Of a stretch of 64,000 nucleotides of DNA, positions 47,039 to 58,548 are shown piece after piece. Position 1 is the stretch's first letter. Each line of letters starts with the position of its first letter. The notes beneath the pieces were generated by a model. The model was not told the origin of the DNA, searched no databases, and worked only from the letters and a program-made list of their open reading frames with translations. A program made the position numbers and the translations under genes. Where the stretch lies: assembly GCA_964500125.1 (NCBI GenBank), contig CAZCMV010000001.1, positions 54,119 through 118,118 of the forward strand, in the 5' to 3' direction. Origin of the DNA: an uncultured Bdellovibrionales bacterium. GTDB lineage: Bacteria > Patescibacteriota > Minisyncoccia > Moranbacterales > GWC2-37-73.

Positions 47039-49489
47039 TCAAGCGGCAATTTTATATGAGTTATCCATATTCAATAAGCCATCTTCATATTTTTTAGAAG
47101 CCATCATGGAAATACGCCCTATATAATGACCTAGACTTTCTTTCCCACCAAACTTTGGTTTCATTTCTTCTTTGCTTAAAATATTAAGGTATTTCATTGA
47201 TAATTTATTGATGTTAAACTTCAACTCCTGCTGACTAAAAATATCATTACATGGAATATTTTGAATGGATTGCCATTTTGCAAAATTACCATTGGTAATT
47301 TCCTTGGCCGAAGCTGTGGCAATCGTACGAAAATCACCATTTGTAATCTTCATCTCTCTTGCAAACTTCATAAATTCCATATTCCCAGTTTCAGGAAAAT
47401 AATAATCTGCATTTTCAATTCTTCCTTCAATATCATTACCTTGGTATTCATTATCAACTTTTTCAGGTTCAGCAGAATCAATAACATTCATATCCTTACC
47501 ACGGTCATCGATCAATTTCTCATTATTTTGATTTTGATAATCATCATCCTGAGAAACTTCATCTGAAATTTCTATCTTTGAGCTATTATCAACATCATGA
47601 AAATCATGTTCGTTACCATCAAAATTTAAATTTTCGATATGATAACCATCTGCACCACCTTCTGCAAGATCAAAATCGGCAAATTTAATGTGGTTCAATT
47701 TATCAAATGGTATACCGTGCTTATCTGCATATTCCAAAACCATACGATGTGCTACCGCTCCGGAATTATCCACACCTTTTTCTTTCAATGTTTCTATAAG
47801 AACATTTTCAATTCCCTTGCCACTTCCCGCTGTTACTTCCAAATGCATTCCTGCAACTTCAACAGTCGGCTCATCGACAATCTGCTTTGTGATTTCCCCT
47901 TGGCGTGCAAAGTCTTTGATATTATCATCAGCAACCATCGAATCTTGCGTTGGCACATGCTCAACAAATGGAGAAGGAATCGACTGCGGCTTAATGAAAG
48001 AATCAGTAACCGGAGTATTTAATTTAGATTCACTAGAATCAAAAACTTTTTGAAGGAGTTGCTTATTGGGAATTGCTGTCTTATCGCTAAAATAATCCAC
48101 AGCCGCGCACGTAGCAGATGCTCCAAATAATATACCACTAGTAAAAGCAACGACTTTATTTATTCCTGACCTTTTTATATATTTTCTATACCTGCCGTCT
48201 ATATCATCAACTTTGCCATAAAGAGCATCCTTTAATTTTTGAAAATCAGCAGAACCCTCTTTCTCCATCATACCAAGCGCAAACTTATTTTTATCATACC
48301 AATTGACCCCTCTATCCTTTTGCTGCATTAATTTATCCAAACTCATACCTCCCACAGAAACCATCATGAAAGCTCCCCACATCCTCTTAGCTGAAATTAG
48401 GGCTGTAGCTCCCGTAGCAAAAACTGTTCCAGCCATTCCGAGTTTTACATACCAAGGCAATTTATTGTAACCTTCTGCAAGTTTTGCCGATTTTGATTTT
48501 ATCCAATTCCAACCACGCTCAATTTTTCCATTACCTTTCCCTTCCTTCTCTGCAAGATAATTCATTTTTGATTCAGTGCGGGCATCATATAGATTCAAAA
48601 ATTCCTTATAATTAACCATGGTGTACAGTTCTGCTAAATCTTTGCTGAGTTCTGCACCTTTTTTGCCACTTTCCTCAAGTTTTTTAACTTCAGAATCAAT
48701 ATATTCTTTCAAAGTTTCTTCATATGCCTTGCGCATTTGCCCCACCTCCGGACTTTCTTTGTCACTTTTGAGCGCAAAAAATTTCTTCAGTGGCCCCCAT
48801 TCTTGCCTATTGCGAAATTCAATATCGGCAAATGCACTTCTCGCATTATTTAACTTTTCCAAAAGCGGATCTTTTTCTTCTTCTTTTATTTCTTCGTCCC
48901 CTCTTTCCGATAATCCTATTCTTTCCGTCCTGCTTTCATGATAATTATTCCATTCTATAATTGCCGCCAAAATAGGGCCATTTGCTTGATTTAGGAAGTA
49001 AATCATGTCTTGCTTTTCACTTCCAGTCAAACCTTCAAAAAACACTTCCACATCAAAATCTCCCCTTTTCAAGATATCTTTATCTTTATCAAGCAAACCA
49101 TTGTCTTCATGAGATCGATTTTTTATTTCCTCAATTTTTGCATTCACTAAATCATTAAAAGGATTCTCCCTCTTTTTTTCTTTTTCTTTAACAACAAGTT
49201 CTTCTTCCCTGCTTCTTATTACTTCCTCAATAGCTTCATTTGCGCCTAAGTCTGGCTTGGTGTAGATTGCATATTTTGCTTTCTCTTCTTTCAATATTTT
49301 CTCCTTCTCTCTCTTTTCTTCTTCATTTTTTACATAGTCCGACACTCCTAAATCAGGCTTTGTGAACAATGCATATTTTTCATTTTCCGCATGTATATTA
49401 TCAATTTCAACATCTAAACCATCCCCGTGCTTCTCCGAGGATTTGCGAAAAGCTTCTTCCAATATTTTTTGAGTATTTTTGCTTGTCAT
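47039..49489 (-). CDS. Large hypothetical membrane-associated protein
   Basis: 816 aa; duplicated KYA(L/I)(F/Y)TKPDLG motif; central hydrophobic segments. Confidence 0.75.
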   Translation of the reverse strand: MTSKNTQKILEEAFRKSSEKHGDGLDVEIDNIHAENEKYALFTKPDLGVSDYVKNEEEKREKEKILKEEKAKYAIYTKPDLGANEAIEEVIRSREEELVVKEKEKKRENPFNDLVNAKIEEIKNRSHEDNGLLDKDKDILKRGDFDVEVFFEGLTGSEKQDMIYFLNQANGPILAAIIEWNNYHESRTERIGLSERGDEEIKEEEKDPLLEKLNNARSAFADIEFRNRQEWGPLKKFFALKSDKESPEVGQMRKAYEETLKEYIDSEVKKLEESGKKGAELSKDLAELYTMVNYKEFLNLYDARTESKMNYLAEKEGKGNGKIERGWNWIKSKSAKLAEGYNKLPWYVKLGMAGTVFATGATALISAKRMWGAFMMVSVGGMSLDKLMQQKDRGVNWYDKNKFALGMMEKEGSADFQKLKDALYGKVDDIDGRYRKYIKRSGINKVVAFTSGILFGASATCAAVDYFSDKTAIPNKQLLQKVFDSSESKLNTPVTDSFIKPQSIPSPFVEHVPTQDSMVADDNIKDFARQGEITKQIVDEPTVEVAGMHLEVTAGSGKGIENVLIETLKEKGVDNSGAVAHRMVLEYADKHGIPFDKLNHIKFADFDLAEGGADGYHIENLNFDGNEHDFHDVDNSSKIEISDEVSQDDDYQNQNNEKLIDDRGKDMNVIDSAEPEKVDNEYQGNDIEGRIENADYYFPETGNMEFMKFAREMKITNGDFRTIATASAKEITNGNFAKWQSIQNIPCNDIFSQQELKFNINKLSMKYLNILSKEEMKPKFGGKESLGHYIGRISMMASKKYEDGLLNMDNSYKIAA

Positions 49490-49498
49490 AAAATATAA

Positions 49499-50986
49499 CT
49501 AACCCTGATTAGGTTTTTTAATTTCGCTAAAAATTTTTTCAGCCATTTCCTTAATTAAATATTCAACAGCTTCTCCGTCTGCAGATTGAAGTCCAATCTT
49601 TTCTTTATTTCCACCAAGCCATTCTGAAATTCCTCTTTTTATAAAACCAGCTACGGATAAGTCTATTTCATCCGAAGAAAGATCTTCACCATTGTCAATA
49701 CAAATATTATACATGTCTTCACCTAAACCTCTCCCAAACTTCTCTATAGCCAATCTATACCTGACATCCAACTCTATTTTGTTTTCCCTCTTTTCATTCT
49801 TAATTTCTAAATATTCCTTCAGTTTTCCTTCGGGAATAAATTCCCCGTCCGTCATCTTATTTAATATTTCCTGTAATGTAACATGTAATTCTTCTTCGTC
49901 AGCATTGTTTTTTACCCACATGCGTTCCCTCACCCTCAACCCCTGTGAATATGTTTCCGCTATTGGCGTTACTGATGATGAAATTTTAAACTTCTTGTTT
50001 GCAGGATCCCAAGTTACCAAAGCATCCGCGCCAAATGCTCTAACAGCTTCAAAATCTCCTGGAATATTTTTCTTTCCATTTCCATTCCCTTTATCATTAC
50101 CATCTTTTTCCACATTTACAACTATCTGACCATATCTTTTTGATGGAACAAAAAACCCATCTTTTTGCATTTGCTCAAGTCTTTCACGTGACACTTCAAC
50201 AACTCTTTTTTGATTTTCACCCCTATCTTTTTTACCTGAAACAAATCCATATTTTCTCATTTCATCTTCAGTGAGTTCCCTTTTGGGATCAGGATTTTTA
50301 TCTTTGGAAAAAAAATTAAGCAAGCACGGTCCAGAAATATATCGATAAAGTCCGGCTATTGTTTTCCAGGAATTGTTGTAGTAATTTTCATTATCAGGAT
50401 ATTCACCACTATCCACACTAGTAACAAAATCAATCATGGCATCCAATTTTTTGTTTTTTTTAAACAGTCCCAAATCCGCAAGCATTCTATACGCGAAAGA
50501 AGCTGCGGAACTCCCGAAAGGGGATTCCTTTGCATGATGATCAATAAACGCTGTTTTATTCCAATCGACACCCTGAGTAGAAATTGTTCTTTCTGTAGAA
50601 ACACCATGTTTTCCTCCCGTATCCAGGTTTATTCTACCCTCTTCATAATCCCCAGGAGCTATATACTTTAAATCTTCATTTAATGCATCTTTATTTATCC
50701 CGGCTAACTTAAATAATTCCAAACAACATTTTCCATCAAGATCCGTATTACTATCAACATACAATTCATTTGTCTTTTCGTCTCTTTTGAGAAAACCATG
50801 CACAGCAAACTCTTTCCAAAGTTCTCTAGTCTTAGCCAGAAAAATCTTATTCCCCTCGATTAAGTCTGGCGCATTGAGTTCCTCAAAACTATTTACTCTG
50901 CCTAGAGTTATTTCTGCACCAGCTCTAGAAAATCTATACCTTTCTGCTTTTTCTGCATCATTATATTTTAACACTTTTTTTCCCAT
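49499..50986 (-). CDS. Hypothetical protein, DHH-phosphoesterase-like motifs
   Basis: DLDG, NLDTG, IDHH, S(A)AS motifs. Confidence 0.55.
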   Translation of the reverse strand: MGKKVLKYNDAEKAERYRFSRAGAEITLGRVNSFEELNAPDLIEGNKIFLAKTRELWKEFAVHGFLKRDEKTNELYVDSNTDLDGKCCLELFKLAGINKDALNEDLKYIAPGDYEEGRINLDTGGKHGVSTERTISTQGVDWNKTAFIDHHAKESPFGSSAASFAYRMLADLGLFKKNKKLDAMIDFVTSVDSGEYPDNENYYNNSWKTIAGLYRYISGPCLLNFFSKDKNPDPKRELTEDEMRKYGFVSGKKDRGENQKRVVEVSRERLEQMQKDGFFVPSKRYGQIVVNVEKDGNDKGNGNGKKNIPGDFEAVRAFGADALVTWDPANKKFKISSSVTPIAETYSQGLRVRERMWVKNNADEEELHVTLQEILNKMTDGEFIPEGKLKEYLEIKNEKRENKIELDVRYRLAIEKFGRGLGEDMYNICIDNGEDLSSDEIDLSVAGFIKRGISEWLGGNKEKIGLQSADGEAVEYLIKEMAEKIFSEIKKPNQG

Positions 50987-51286
50987 AGGCGCCGTACCAT
51001 AGAAGAAACCTTTTATTAAATTATATTTATTTTATTCACCATAAAAATTTCACTCACCAAACAACTCAAAACTTCGTTGATTTATATATTGGAATATCAT
51101 AAGCATGTTTGAATTGTTGTTTACAATTATACCATAAAAAAATTACCTTGCACAATTTTTACTTTTTACTTTGTGCATAACTCAAGTCTTGTGGAATTTC
51201 ACTACAAAATATGTTAAAATTATATTGTAAAGAATTCGTAGATTATGTAGATTATTATGATTCGTAATTAGTAGAACAAAACAAAA

Positions 51287-52906
51287 ATGAAAAAAATTCA
51301 AAAATACTCGCCTTGGATCATTGCAGCTATAATCTTCAGCGCCGCACTTTTTCTGAGAGCATACGATATCAACAACATTCCCGCCGGAATATATCCAGAC
51401 GAAGCAGTCAATGGAATCGATGCTCTTAAGGCCAACAATACCGGGGATTACAAACTTTTTTATGAAAACAACTACGGACGCGAGGGTTTGTTTATAAATC
51501 TGCAAGCCCTTACCATCAAAGCTTTTGGTAATACCATATTCGGGCTAAAATTTTGGTCGATTCTTTTTGGAGCACTTACCGCATTTGGCGTCTTTCTACT
51601 TACAAAGGAATTATTCAAAAGCTCCCGTGCTGGACTAATCGCTTCCTATTTCACCGCCTTTTCCTATTGGGCTATCAATTTTTCCCGCATTGGATTCCGC
51701 GCCAACATGGTTCCCTTAATCCTAACTTTCACTTTTTACTTTATTTTCCGAGGATTGCGCACAAAAAAATATAGCGACTTCATATTGTCAGGTCTAATTT
51801 TCGGCTTAGGCGTGCATACCTACATTGCTTTTCGCGTTTCACCTTTAGTAATGGTTGTGCTTTTAATTGGTTTAGTTTTATCCCATGAGAACTTTCTCAA
51901 AAATTATTGGCGTCACATCTTGGTTTTCATTATAGCTATGCTAATTACCTCCGCACCAATGCTCATGGATTTCTTCTATTTCCATCCGGAGCATTATGCT
52001 TCACGAACCGGAGGTATTTCTGTGTTGAATTCAGATGTGAATAAAGGCGATCTTTTGGGCACCCTAGTAAAAACATTTGGGCTTTCCTTAGCTAAATATA
52101 ATTTTTGGGGAGATCAAAATTGGCGTCATAACTACCCACCATATCCAATTCTAAATCCACTAATTAGCATCTCCTTCTTAATCGGACTTTTTTATATTAT
52201 TGCAAAAATTGTCCGTCTCTCTTGGTTTAGATTGGTTGAAAAGATTCGCAACGAAAAACTTGCTATCTACATCTTCTTATTGACTTGGTTAATTATTTTA
52301 CTTATTCCTGAGTTTCTTGCATATGAAGGCAACCCCCATGCCTTGCGTGCCATTGGCACAATTCCTGTAGTATTCATTATTGCCACCATCCCCGTACTTT
52401 GGGTTATGGCAAGAATCAGGAATTATGGCATAGGATTCAGGTCATTTGCTATCACTATTTTGCTTGGATCTTTTATTTTTATTGGATTGTTCGACCCTAT
52501 CAAATATTTTGTCTATTTTGGCAATAATCCAAATCAATATGCGGCGTTTGAATCAAGATTTACCTATATGGCAAAATATCTAATGACTTTACCACAAGAG
52601 ACAAAAAAATATATCATTGCTAATGCAGGTGGCAAAGAGATGAATGACAGCCTCCCTGTAACCGCCGAGCCAATAAAATATCTAACTGCAGGAAAAGTAC
52701 AGAATATCTCATTTTTAGTATGTGAAAACAATCCTGATAGCGACTTGTTGCCTGAGCTAGAAACTCCTTCAGAATTGATAATGATGCAATATAATCAAAA
52801 AATAATAGACCAAATAAACCAAAATTATCCCAATTCAAGTTTTGAAAAAATAGACTTCATACCAGGAAAACAGTCTGATTTCTTTGTAGCACACATAAAC
52901 AAATAA
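51287..52906 (+). CDS. ArnT/PMT-family (GT-C) glycosyltransferase
   Basis: PAGIYPDEA motif, many TMs. Confidence 0.85.
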   Translation: MKKIQKYSPWIIAAIIFSAALFLRAYDINNIPAGIYPDEAVNGIDALKANNTGDYKLFYENNYGREGLFINLQALTIKAFGNTIFGLKFWSILFGALTAFGVFLLTKELFKSSRAGLIASYFTAFSYWAINFSRIGFRANMVPLILTFTFYFIFRGLRTKKYSDFILSGLIFGLGVHTYIAFRVSPLVMVVLLIGLVLSHENFLKNYWRHILVFIIAMLITSAPMLMDFFYFHPEHYASRTGGISVLNSDVNKGDLLGTLVKTFGLSLAKYNFWGDQNWRHNYPPYPILNPLISISFLIGLFYIIAKIVRLSWFRLVEKIRNEKLAIYIFLLTWLIILLIPEFLAYEGNPHALRAIGTIPVVFIIATIPVLWVMARIRNYGIGFRSFAITILLGSFIFIGLFDPIKYFVYFGNNPNQYAAFESRFTYMAKYLMTLPQETKKYIIANAGGKEMNDSLPVTAEPIKYLTAGKVQNISFLVCENNPDSDLLPELETPSELIMMQYNQKIIDQINQNYPNSSFEKIDFIPGKQSDFFVAHINK

Positions 52907-53020
52907 ATATCATCGTAAATTTACCATATTTAATTAATATTATCTCATTTAATAAATTAATTTTTGTAGACCAAAATTCAATTTGTTTTTAATTAAAAAA
53001 TAAAAAATAACATTAAAAAA

Positions 53021-54850
53021 ATGACAGGAATCAAAAAAATTGCGCCGTATATTGTCGGCATCATTCTAACAGCATTCGTAGCTGTATCTCTGGTAGTTTC
53101 ATCACAGGAATCAACCACTATGGATGAGCAAGCCCATATCCCTTCTGGTTATTCTTATGTAAAATACCATGACATGCGCTTAAATCCAGAACACCCTCCT
53201 CTACTAAAGGATTTGGCAGGTATACCCCTTCAATTCCTCAACGTCAATTTTCCTGTTGATGATCCCCAATGGACGAATGGAGTCAATGCGCAATGGTATA
53301 TGGGCAACACTTTTTTGCATACCAACGACGCTGATGCAATAACTTTTTGGTCACGTTTTCCAATTATACTAGTCGGCGTATTGCTTGGTTTTTTCGTTTA
53401 TCGTTGGACTCGTGAATTGGCAGGTACAGCCGCAGGACTTATTGCTTTGATTTTATATGCCTTTAATCCAAATATCCTTGGTCACAGCCACTATGTTACC
53501 ACAGACATTGGAATAGCAGCGTTTATTTTCATTTCTTTCTATTACTTCGTCCATTTTATCAAAAGGCCTTCTTGGAAAAACACTGTTCTTGCAGGAATCT
53601 TTTTGGGAATCGCCCAACTAACAAAGTTTTCAGCAGTTATGCTTTTCCCTATGTTTGGTTTAATAATTACCATCTACGCATTTGCCCAGAAGAAACCAGA
53701 CAATGATCCCACCCCTCAATGGAAATACTCTCTGAAAAAATTTTTGGAATATGTCTTGAAATATGCCATAGCCATAATCATCTGCTTTATCCTCATTTGG
53801 GTGTTATATGTGTACAACACCATATCAATGCCGCCGGAAAAACTGCATGATATTTCCAATTATGTTTTCAGCGACAAAGGCGCCGGCAAATATGCAAAAG
53901 CTTTTGTTATCTATACCAGCAATATTCCAGTCCTCAAACCCCTGAGCGAATATTTTTTGGGCGTATTTATGGTTTTCATCCGGGTAACAGGCGGAAACAC
54001 TTTCTATTTCCTTGGCGAAGTTTCCAATCATGCCTCAAAAGCATATTTTCCTGTTGTTTATCTGATCAAAGAAACTTTGCCAATGCTTTTGCTGCTACTC
54101 TCAGCATCAATCATCACAATCTGCCAATTCATAAAGCATATATCTGCAATGCAAGGCAATATATTGAAAAGAGTTTGGGCAGTAACACTTAATTATCTCC
54201 GAACAGGCGTTGCACAATATTCCATGATTGGATTCGTCTTACTATATGCATATGTCAGCATCACCGGCAATCTCAATATTGGCTTTAGGCATTTATTTCC
54301 AATATTGCCATTTATATATATCCTTACGGCCAAAAAAATATTCGAGTTCTTGCGTAATGTTTCCTCTCCAACCAAAAAAGTTGCCTATGCAGCATTTGGC
54401 ATTATTATGATTTGGGTAATCCTGGAACCGATAATTTTCTTCCCTAGTTACATGTCCTATTTCAATGAATTGGTAGGCGGGCCATCAAACGGCTACAAAT
54501 ATGTAACCGATTCCAATGCTGATTGGGGCCAAGACCTCAAACGCCTCCGCAATTGGGTAGCTCAATATGATAGCGAACATCCGAATGCTCCGATCGATAG
54601 AATTAGGGTCGACTATTTTGGAGGCTCCAATCCTCAATATTATTTTGGCGACCGTTATATTTCTTGGCACGCCGATCTTGCTCCAGAAGCCGGTTGGTAT
54701 GCTATTTCCGCAGGCTTCTTGCAAGAAAGCACTCACAAACAAAAGAATCCGGGCGACATGAGCTATAACTGGATCCTCAATTATACTCCTGTAACCAAGG
54801 TGGGTGATTCCATATTTGTCTACTACATTCCCGAAACACCACAATTGTAG
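53021..54850 (+). CDS. ArnT/PMT-family (GT39-like) glycosyltransferase
   Basis: TMDEQAH, NPEHPPLLK, DSNADWGQDL. Confidence 0.85.
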   Translation: MTGIKKIAPYIVGIILTAFVAVSLVVSSQESTTMDEQAHIPSGYSYVKYHDMRLNPEHPPLLKDLAGIPLQFLNVNFPVDDPQWTNGVNAQWYMGNTFLHTNDADAITFWSRFPIILVGVLLGFFVYRWTRELAGTAAGLIALILYAFNPNILGHSHYVTTDIGIAAFIFISFYYFVHFIKRPSWKNTVLAGIFLGIAQLTKFSAVMLFPMFGLIITIYAFAQKKPDNDPTPQWKYSLKKFLEYVLKYAIAIIICFILIWVLYVYNTISMPPEKLHDISNYVFSDKGAGKYAKAFVIYTSNIPVLKPLSEYFLGVFMVFIRVTGGNTFYFLGEVSNHASKAYFPVVYLIKETLPMLLLLLSASIITICQFIKHISAMQGNILKRVWAVTLNYLRTGVAQYSMIGFVLLYAYVSITGNLNIGFRHLFPILPFIYILTAKKIFEFLRNVSSPTKKVAYAAFGIIMIWVILEPIIFFPSYMSYFNELVGGPSNGYKYVTDSNADWGQDLKRLRNWVAQYDSEHPNAPIDRIRVDYFGGSNPQYYFGDRYISWHADLAPEAGWYAISAGFLQESTHKQKNPGDMSYNWILNYTPVTKVGDSIFVYYIPETPQL

Positions 54851-54864
54851 CTTATAAAAAAATA

Positions 54865-54897
54865 AAAAAACCAAGTGTTAGAAAGCTTGGTTTTTTA
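54865..54897. terminator. Bidirectional terminator
   Basis: AAAAAACCAAG...CTTGGTTTTTT. Confidence 0.65.
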
Positions 54898-55035
54898 TTC
54901 GTACATATTTACACTAAATTAACTGATTCCATAGCATCATCTTGAATTTATTTTAGGGTATACCGTGAAATTTATTCAAGAATCTAAAAACGGACAAAAC
55001 ATGGGTTATAGAAACCATCTCCATAGCAATTCGTA

Positions 55036-56010
55036 TTATCTTTTTTTCTTTTTCTTCTTGCTACTAGCATCATTGTCTTCATTTTTATCTTTTGAAGTTT
55101 CTTCTCCTGCAACCATAGATTCACCATTCTCCCCATCTTGAGGCTGCTCTCCCTTTAATTTGTAAAAAACGCGATTTTCAAAACGAAGATCCAAATATTC
55201 CAAATTAGCTTTTTCATTATCATCAATTTCTTTTTTCATAAAAAGTACCAGCGTTTTCATTGTTGTTTCAAGTGGCAAATTCATAGATAAAGAAATATCA
55301 ACTCCATCTGTTGTTTTACAAGAAACCTCTTCGGCTAAAGCTGAAGGAGCGTGACATTCTCCGGACATAGCAAAATTATGTTCACTGGAAAGTCTTTGAT
55401 TAGCGCCAATAATGAAATCTATATATTCAACTTTCAGAACTTGTTCGCCCAAGCTAACCGGTTTAGCTCCTGTGTTTATTACTACTATCAAATTATTTTG
55501 TTTGATTTCAGGAGATTCAAAATCCGCTCCCGTATACGCAAAACCGTTTTCATCAATAATATAGCACGGTCCGCCACTACACCAAACCAAAAGCGAATCT
55601 CTTTCCTCTATTTTTATGCGCACTTTGTTGGGAAAAATTCGTTCAACATCAACACTGCTTATTTTTCGAAAATTTTGTTTCAATAATCTCTCTATTTTAT
55701 GTTCAGGAAATAATAGGAGATTGTTTTTAGGCAAAAAACCCAGCATCTTTCCTTCATACAAACTTTCGGCAAATAAAATAATTTCGCTTTTAGCAAGAGA
55801 TTTTTCTCCCTCCAGGGAAACAGCATTTACTTGCATGTAGGGAGAAATGATCAATATCCAAAAGCAAGATGTGATAAAAAGCGCAGCCATAACAAAAAAA
55901 AGTATCCGCGACCAAAAAGAGGCTGAGGCCTTTTCTTTTTTACCTTCAAATTGCACAACCTGACAACCTTCAGGTACCCTCCTTTTTTGTTTTTTCTTTC
56001 TTCCAAACAT
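55036..56010 (-). CDS. ftsQ: Cell division protein FtsQ/DivIB
   Basis: TM + POTRA (VERIFPNKVRIKIEER) + YLDLRF. Confidence 0.8.
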   Translation of the reverse strand: MFGRKKKQKRRVPEGCQVVQFEGKKEKASASFWSRILFFVMAALFITSCFWILIISPYMQVNAVSLEGEKSLAKSEIILFAESLYEGKMLGFLPKNNLLLFPEHKIERLLKQNFRKISSVDVERIFPNKVRIKIEERDSLLVWCSGGPCYIIDENGFAYTGADFESPEIKQNNLIVVINTGAKPVSLGEQVLKVEYIDFIIGANQRLSSEHNFAMSGECHAPSALAEEVSCKTTDGVDISLSMNLPLETTMKTLVLFMKKEIDDNEKANLEYLDLRFENRVFYKLKGEQPQDGENGESMVAGEETSKDKNEDNDASSKKKKKKR

Positions 56011-56110
56011 TTTTATTTAAGACTCTAATATACTAATTTCGCCAGCTGGCGAACGATCTAATGACTCAAATGGAATATTTATTAGAGTCATTAGGGTGCA
56101 AATTCGCTTA

Positions 56111-56980
56111 TTAGAGTCGCAGCAACATACTTTCCAGCGCCAATCGCGCACTAGCATTGGTCTTTTCCAAAGCTTCAATGCAATTTGACAATACTTGCGA
56201 TTTTTCATCAAGTGAAGCTAAATACAGCCTGTCAGCCGAATTGCTAATTTCTCTCTCAATCAACCAAAGCCAGAGTTGCAAAACCAAAATCGCACCAGCC
56301 ACGTCTTTGGATATTTTTTCCGCAAAAAAAAGTCTTTCGCTCATATTTACACCATCTAATTTCCTGAAAAACATCTCACCATCTTTTAATCTTTCCAACA
56401 AATCAGCACTCCCTTCAAGTAATTTTACCATTCCCGGCCTGCCCATGGCCAGCTCAACCATTTCATTGTCTATATTATTCTCAACCAAAGAAAAATTGAT
56501 TTTTTGCATGCGCGAATGCAAAGTTGACAAAATCCTCCCTGGCTGATGCGTTACCAAGATCAAAACAGATGTAGAATTTGGCTCTTCCAGGGTCTTGAGC
56601 AGAGCGTTTTGCGCGCCAATTGTGAGACGATGTGCATCATCAATAATCAATACTTTTTTCTTGCCACCATAGGGATATTGCGCCAACAGTTCTTGAACTT
56701 CTCTTATTTTTTCAACTGAGATATCTTTGATTTTTATAATGCCTTTCTTTTCTTCCCTTTCCGGCTCAATCAAAATAAAATCCATTGCATACGCCTTGTC
56801 ATTTTCCAAAGCTAGCTCCAATTTATCCATCCCGATTATCAGAGCACGCGCAAAAACCTCAGCCAAAGTTTTCTTGCCCACATGTTCCGGACCGGAAAAA
56901 AGATAAGCCTGTGCGACATTTCCGGTCTGCAGACTCCGACTAAGCGATTCAACTATTTTGTTGTTACCAATAAATTTCAT
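56111..56980 (-). CDS. holB: DNA polymerase III delta' subunit
   Basis: AYLFSGPEHVGK, AQNALLKTLEEP, TLHSR. Confidence 0.88.
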   Translation of the reverse strand: MKFIGNNKIVESLSRSLQTGNVAQAYLFSGPEHVGKKTLAEVFARALIIGMDKLELALENDKAYAMDFILIEPEREEKKGIIKIKDISVEKIREVQELLAQYPYGGKKKVLIIDDAHRLTIGAQNALLKTLEEPNSTSVLILVTHQPGRILSTLHSRMQKINFSLVENNIDNEMVELAMGRPGMVKLLEGSADLLERLKDGEMFFRKLDGVNMSERLFFAEKISKDVAGAILVLQLWLWLIEREISNSADRLYLASLDEKSQVLSNCIEALEKTNASARLALESMLLRL

Positions 56981-57096
56981 GCAAAAAATCTAAAATCTAA
57001 AATCCTAATAACAAATAAATTTTAAAGTCTCAATGATAAAAAATTTGAATTTTGGATTTTAGATTTTATTGGAAATTTGATATTTAGATTTAAGAT

Positions 57097-58272
57097 TTAA
57101 GATTTATTAATGATTCTATCAATATATTCCCCAAATTTCTCAATAAATCTCTCCCTGCTAAACTCTCCCGCTCTAGCTCTTACAACTTCCCTGTCATATT
57201 CCCCTTCTTTCTCCAAAAATCTCCGTACTCCATCAGCTAACACTTCCGGGGTTTGGGCATCAAAAAACTCACCGGTTTTTCCTTCGATAACTGTTTCACA
57301 TACTCCTCCACTGCGATAGGCAATAACCGGCACACCGCAAAACATTGCTTCCACTGCCGTAATGCCAAAATCATCTTCCGCCGGGAAAATAAAAGCGCGT
57401 GCATTGGCATATAATTCAGCTATTTCCTCATCATTTTTCCAACCGACAATCTTCACGTTTTCTTTGGCAATTTTGCGCAAATGCTCCAATTGCTCCCCTT
57501 CACCCACAACCACAAGCGGTAACTTTAACTTATTGAAAGCCTCCACCACAATATCCACCCGTTTGTATGGAGAAAGCCGAGAAACAACCAAGAAGTATTT
57601 AGTATTTAGTATTTGGTATTTGGTATTTTTCAAGCCCTCGTCTCTTGCATTTTGCATTTTGTTACATGTTTCATGCTTCATGTTACATGTCTCTTGTGCA
57701 ACTGGTGGATATATAACCTCCGCTTCTCTCCGATAATACTTTTGGATGCGCTTTTGAGTGTATCTAGAATTAGCAATCAAATAATCAGGCCGGTCCGCCG
57801 CCAAACGATCCCATACCCGCACATAGTTCAAAACAACCCGTGCCAAAAGCGACAACTTCTTTTGTTTTATTTCCTTGGCATATTTATCATTGTAATCCCA
57901 AACAAAACGCATCGGGGAATGCAAATAGGCCACATGGATTGTATCCAACTTGGTCACAATTCCCTTGGTCCATGCCCCGGAAGAAGAAATGACCAAATCA
58001 TAGTCGCGAAGATCGAACGCCTCAGGCATAACCATGAAAAATGGCAGAAGCCAACGATGACGTCTGCGCAAAAAATTAGGAAATTTTTGTAAATAAGAAG
58101 TTTTTATGCGTTTCTCATCAATCATTCCGCGCATTTTTTTTCGGTCATACAAAAGCGTATAGATAGGCGCCTCGGGATACATCTCACCAAATACTTTCAA
58201 AACCCTTTCTGCCCCACCATATTGGTTGAGAAAATCATGCACCAATGCCACTTTTAGTTCTTTGTTATCCAT
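57097..58272 (-). CDS. GT4 glycosyltransferase
   Basis: HDFLNQYGGAERV, EDDFGITAVEAM. Confidence 0.9.
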   Translation of the reverse strand: MDNKELKVALVHDFLNQYGGAERVLKVFGEMYPEAPIYTLLYDRKKMRGMIDEKRIKTSYLQKFPNFLRRRHRWLLPFFMVMPEAFDLRDYDLVISSSGAWTKGIVTKLDTIHVAYLHSPMRFVWDYNDKYAKEIKQKKLSLLARVVLNYVRVWDRLAADRPDYLIANSRYTQKRIQKYYRREAEVIYPPVAQETCNMKHETCNKMQNARDEGLKNTKYQILNTKYFLVVSRLSPYKRVDIVVEAFNKLKLPLVVVGEGEQLEHLRKIAKENVKIVGWKNDEEIAELYANARAFIFPAEDDFGITAVEAMFCGVPVIAYRSGGVCETVIEGKTGEFFDAQTPEVLADGVRRFLEKEGEYDREVVRARAGEFSRERFIEKFGEYIDRIINKS

Positions 58273-58548
58273 ATGTCTTCTCAAAAATTAACTAAAACAA
58301 GCCAATTTTACCTTAGCTCCAACTATCCCTATTATACCAATTATCCCCATATCCTTCAATCGCCCCTCGCCCACCCTCTTTCGCACAGAGTATTAGCATT
58401 TCTGGTCTTTTTTTGCTATTATTAAAGCATCAATGATATACAAACGAGTTATACGCAATTGCGAAAAAGCCCCATTTATTCCCCGATAATCACCGAGAAT
58501 TCAACATGGCTTAAAAGATGAATTATTTTATATTTTTTAAATGAGCTT

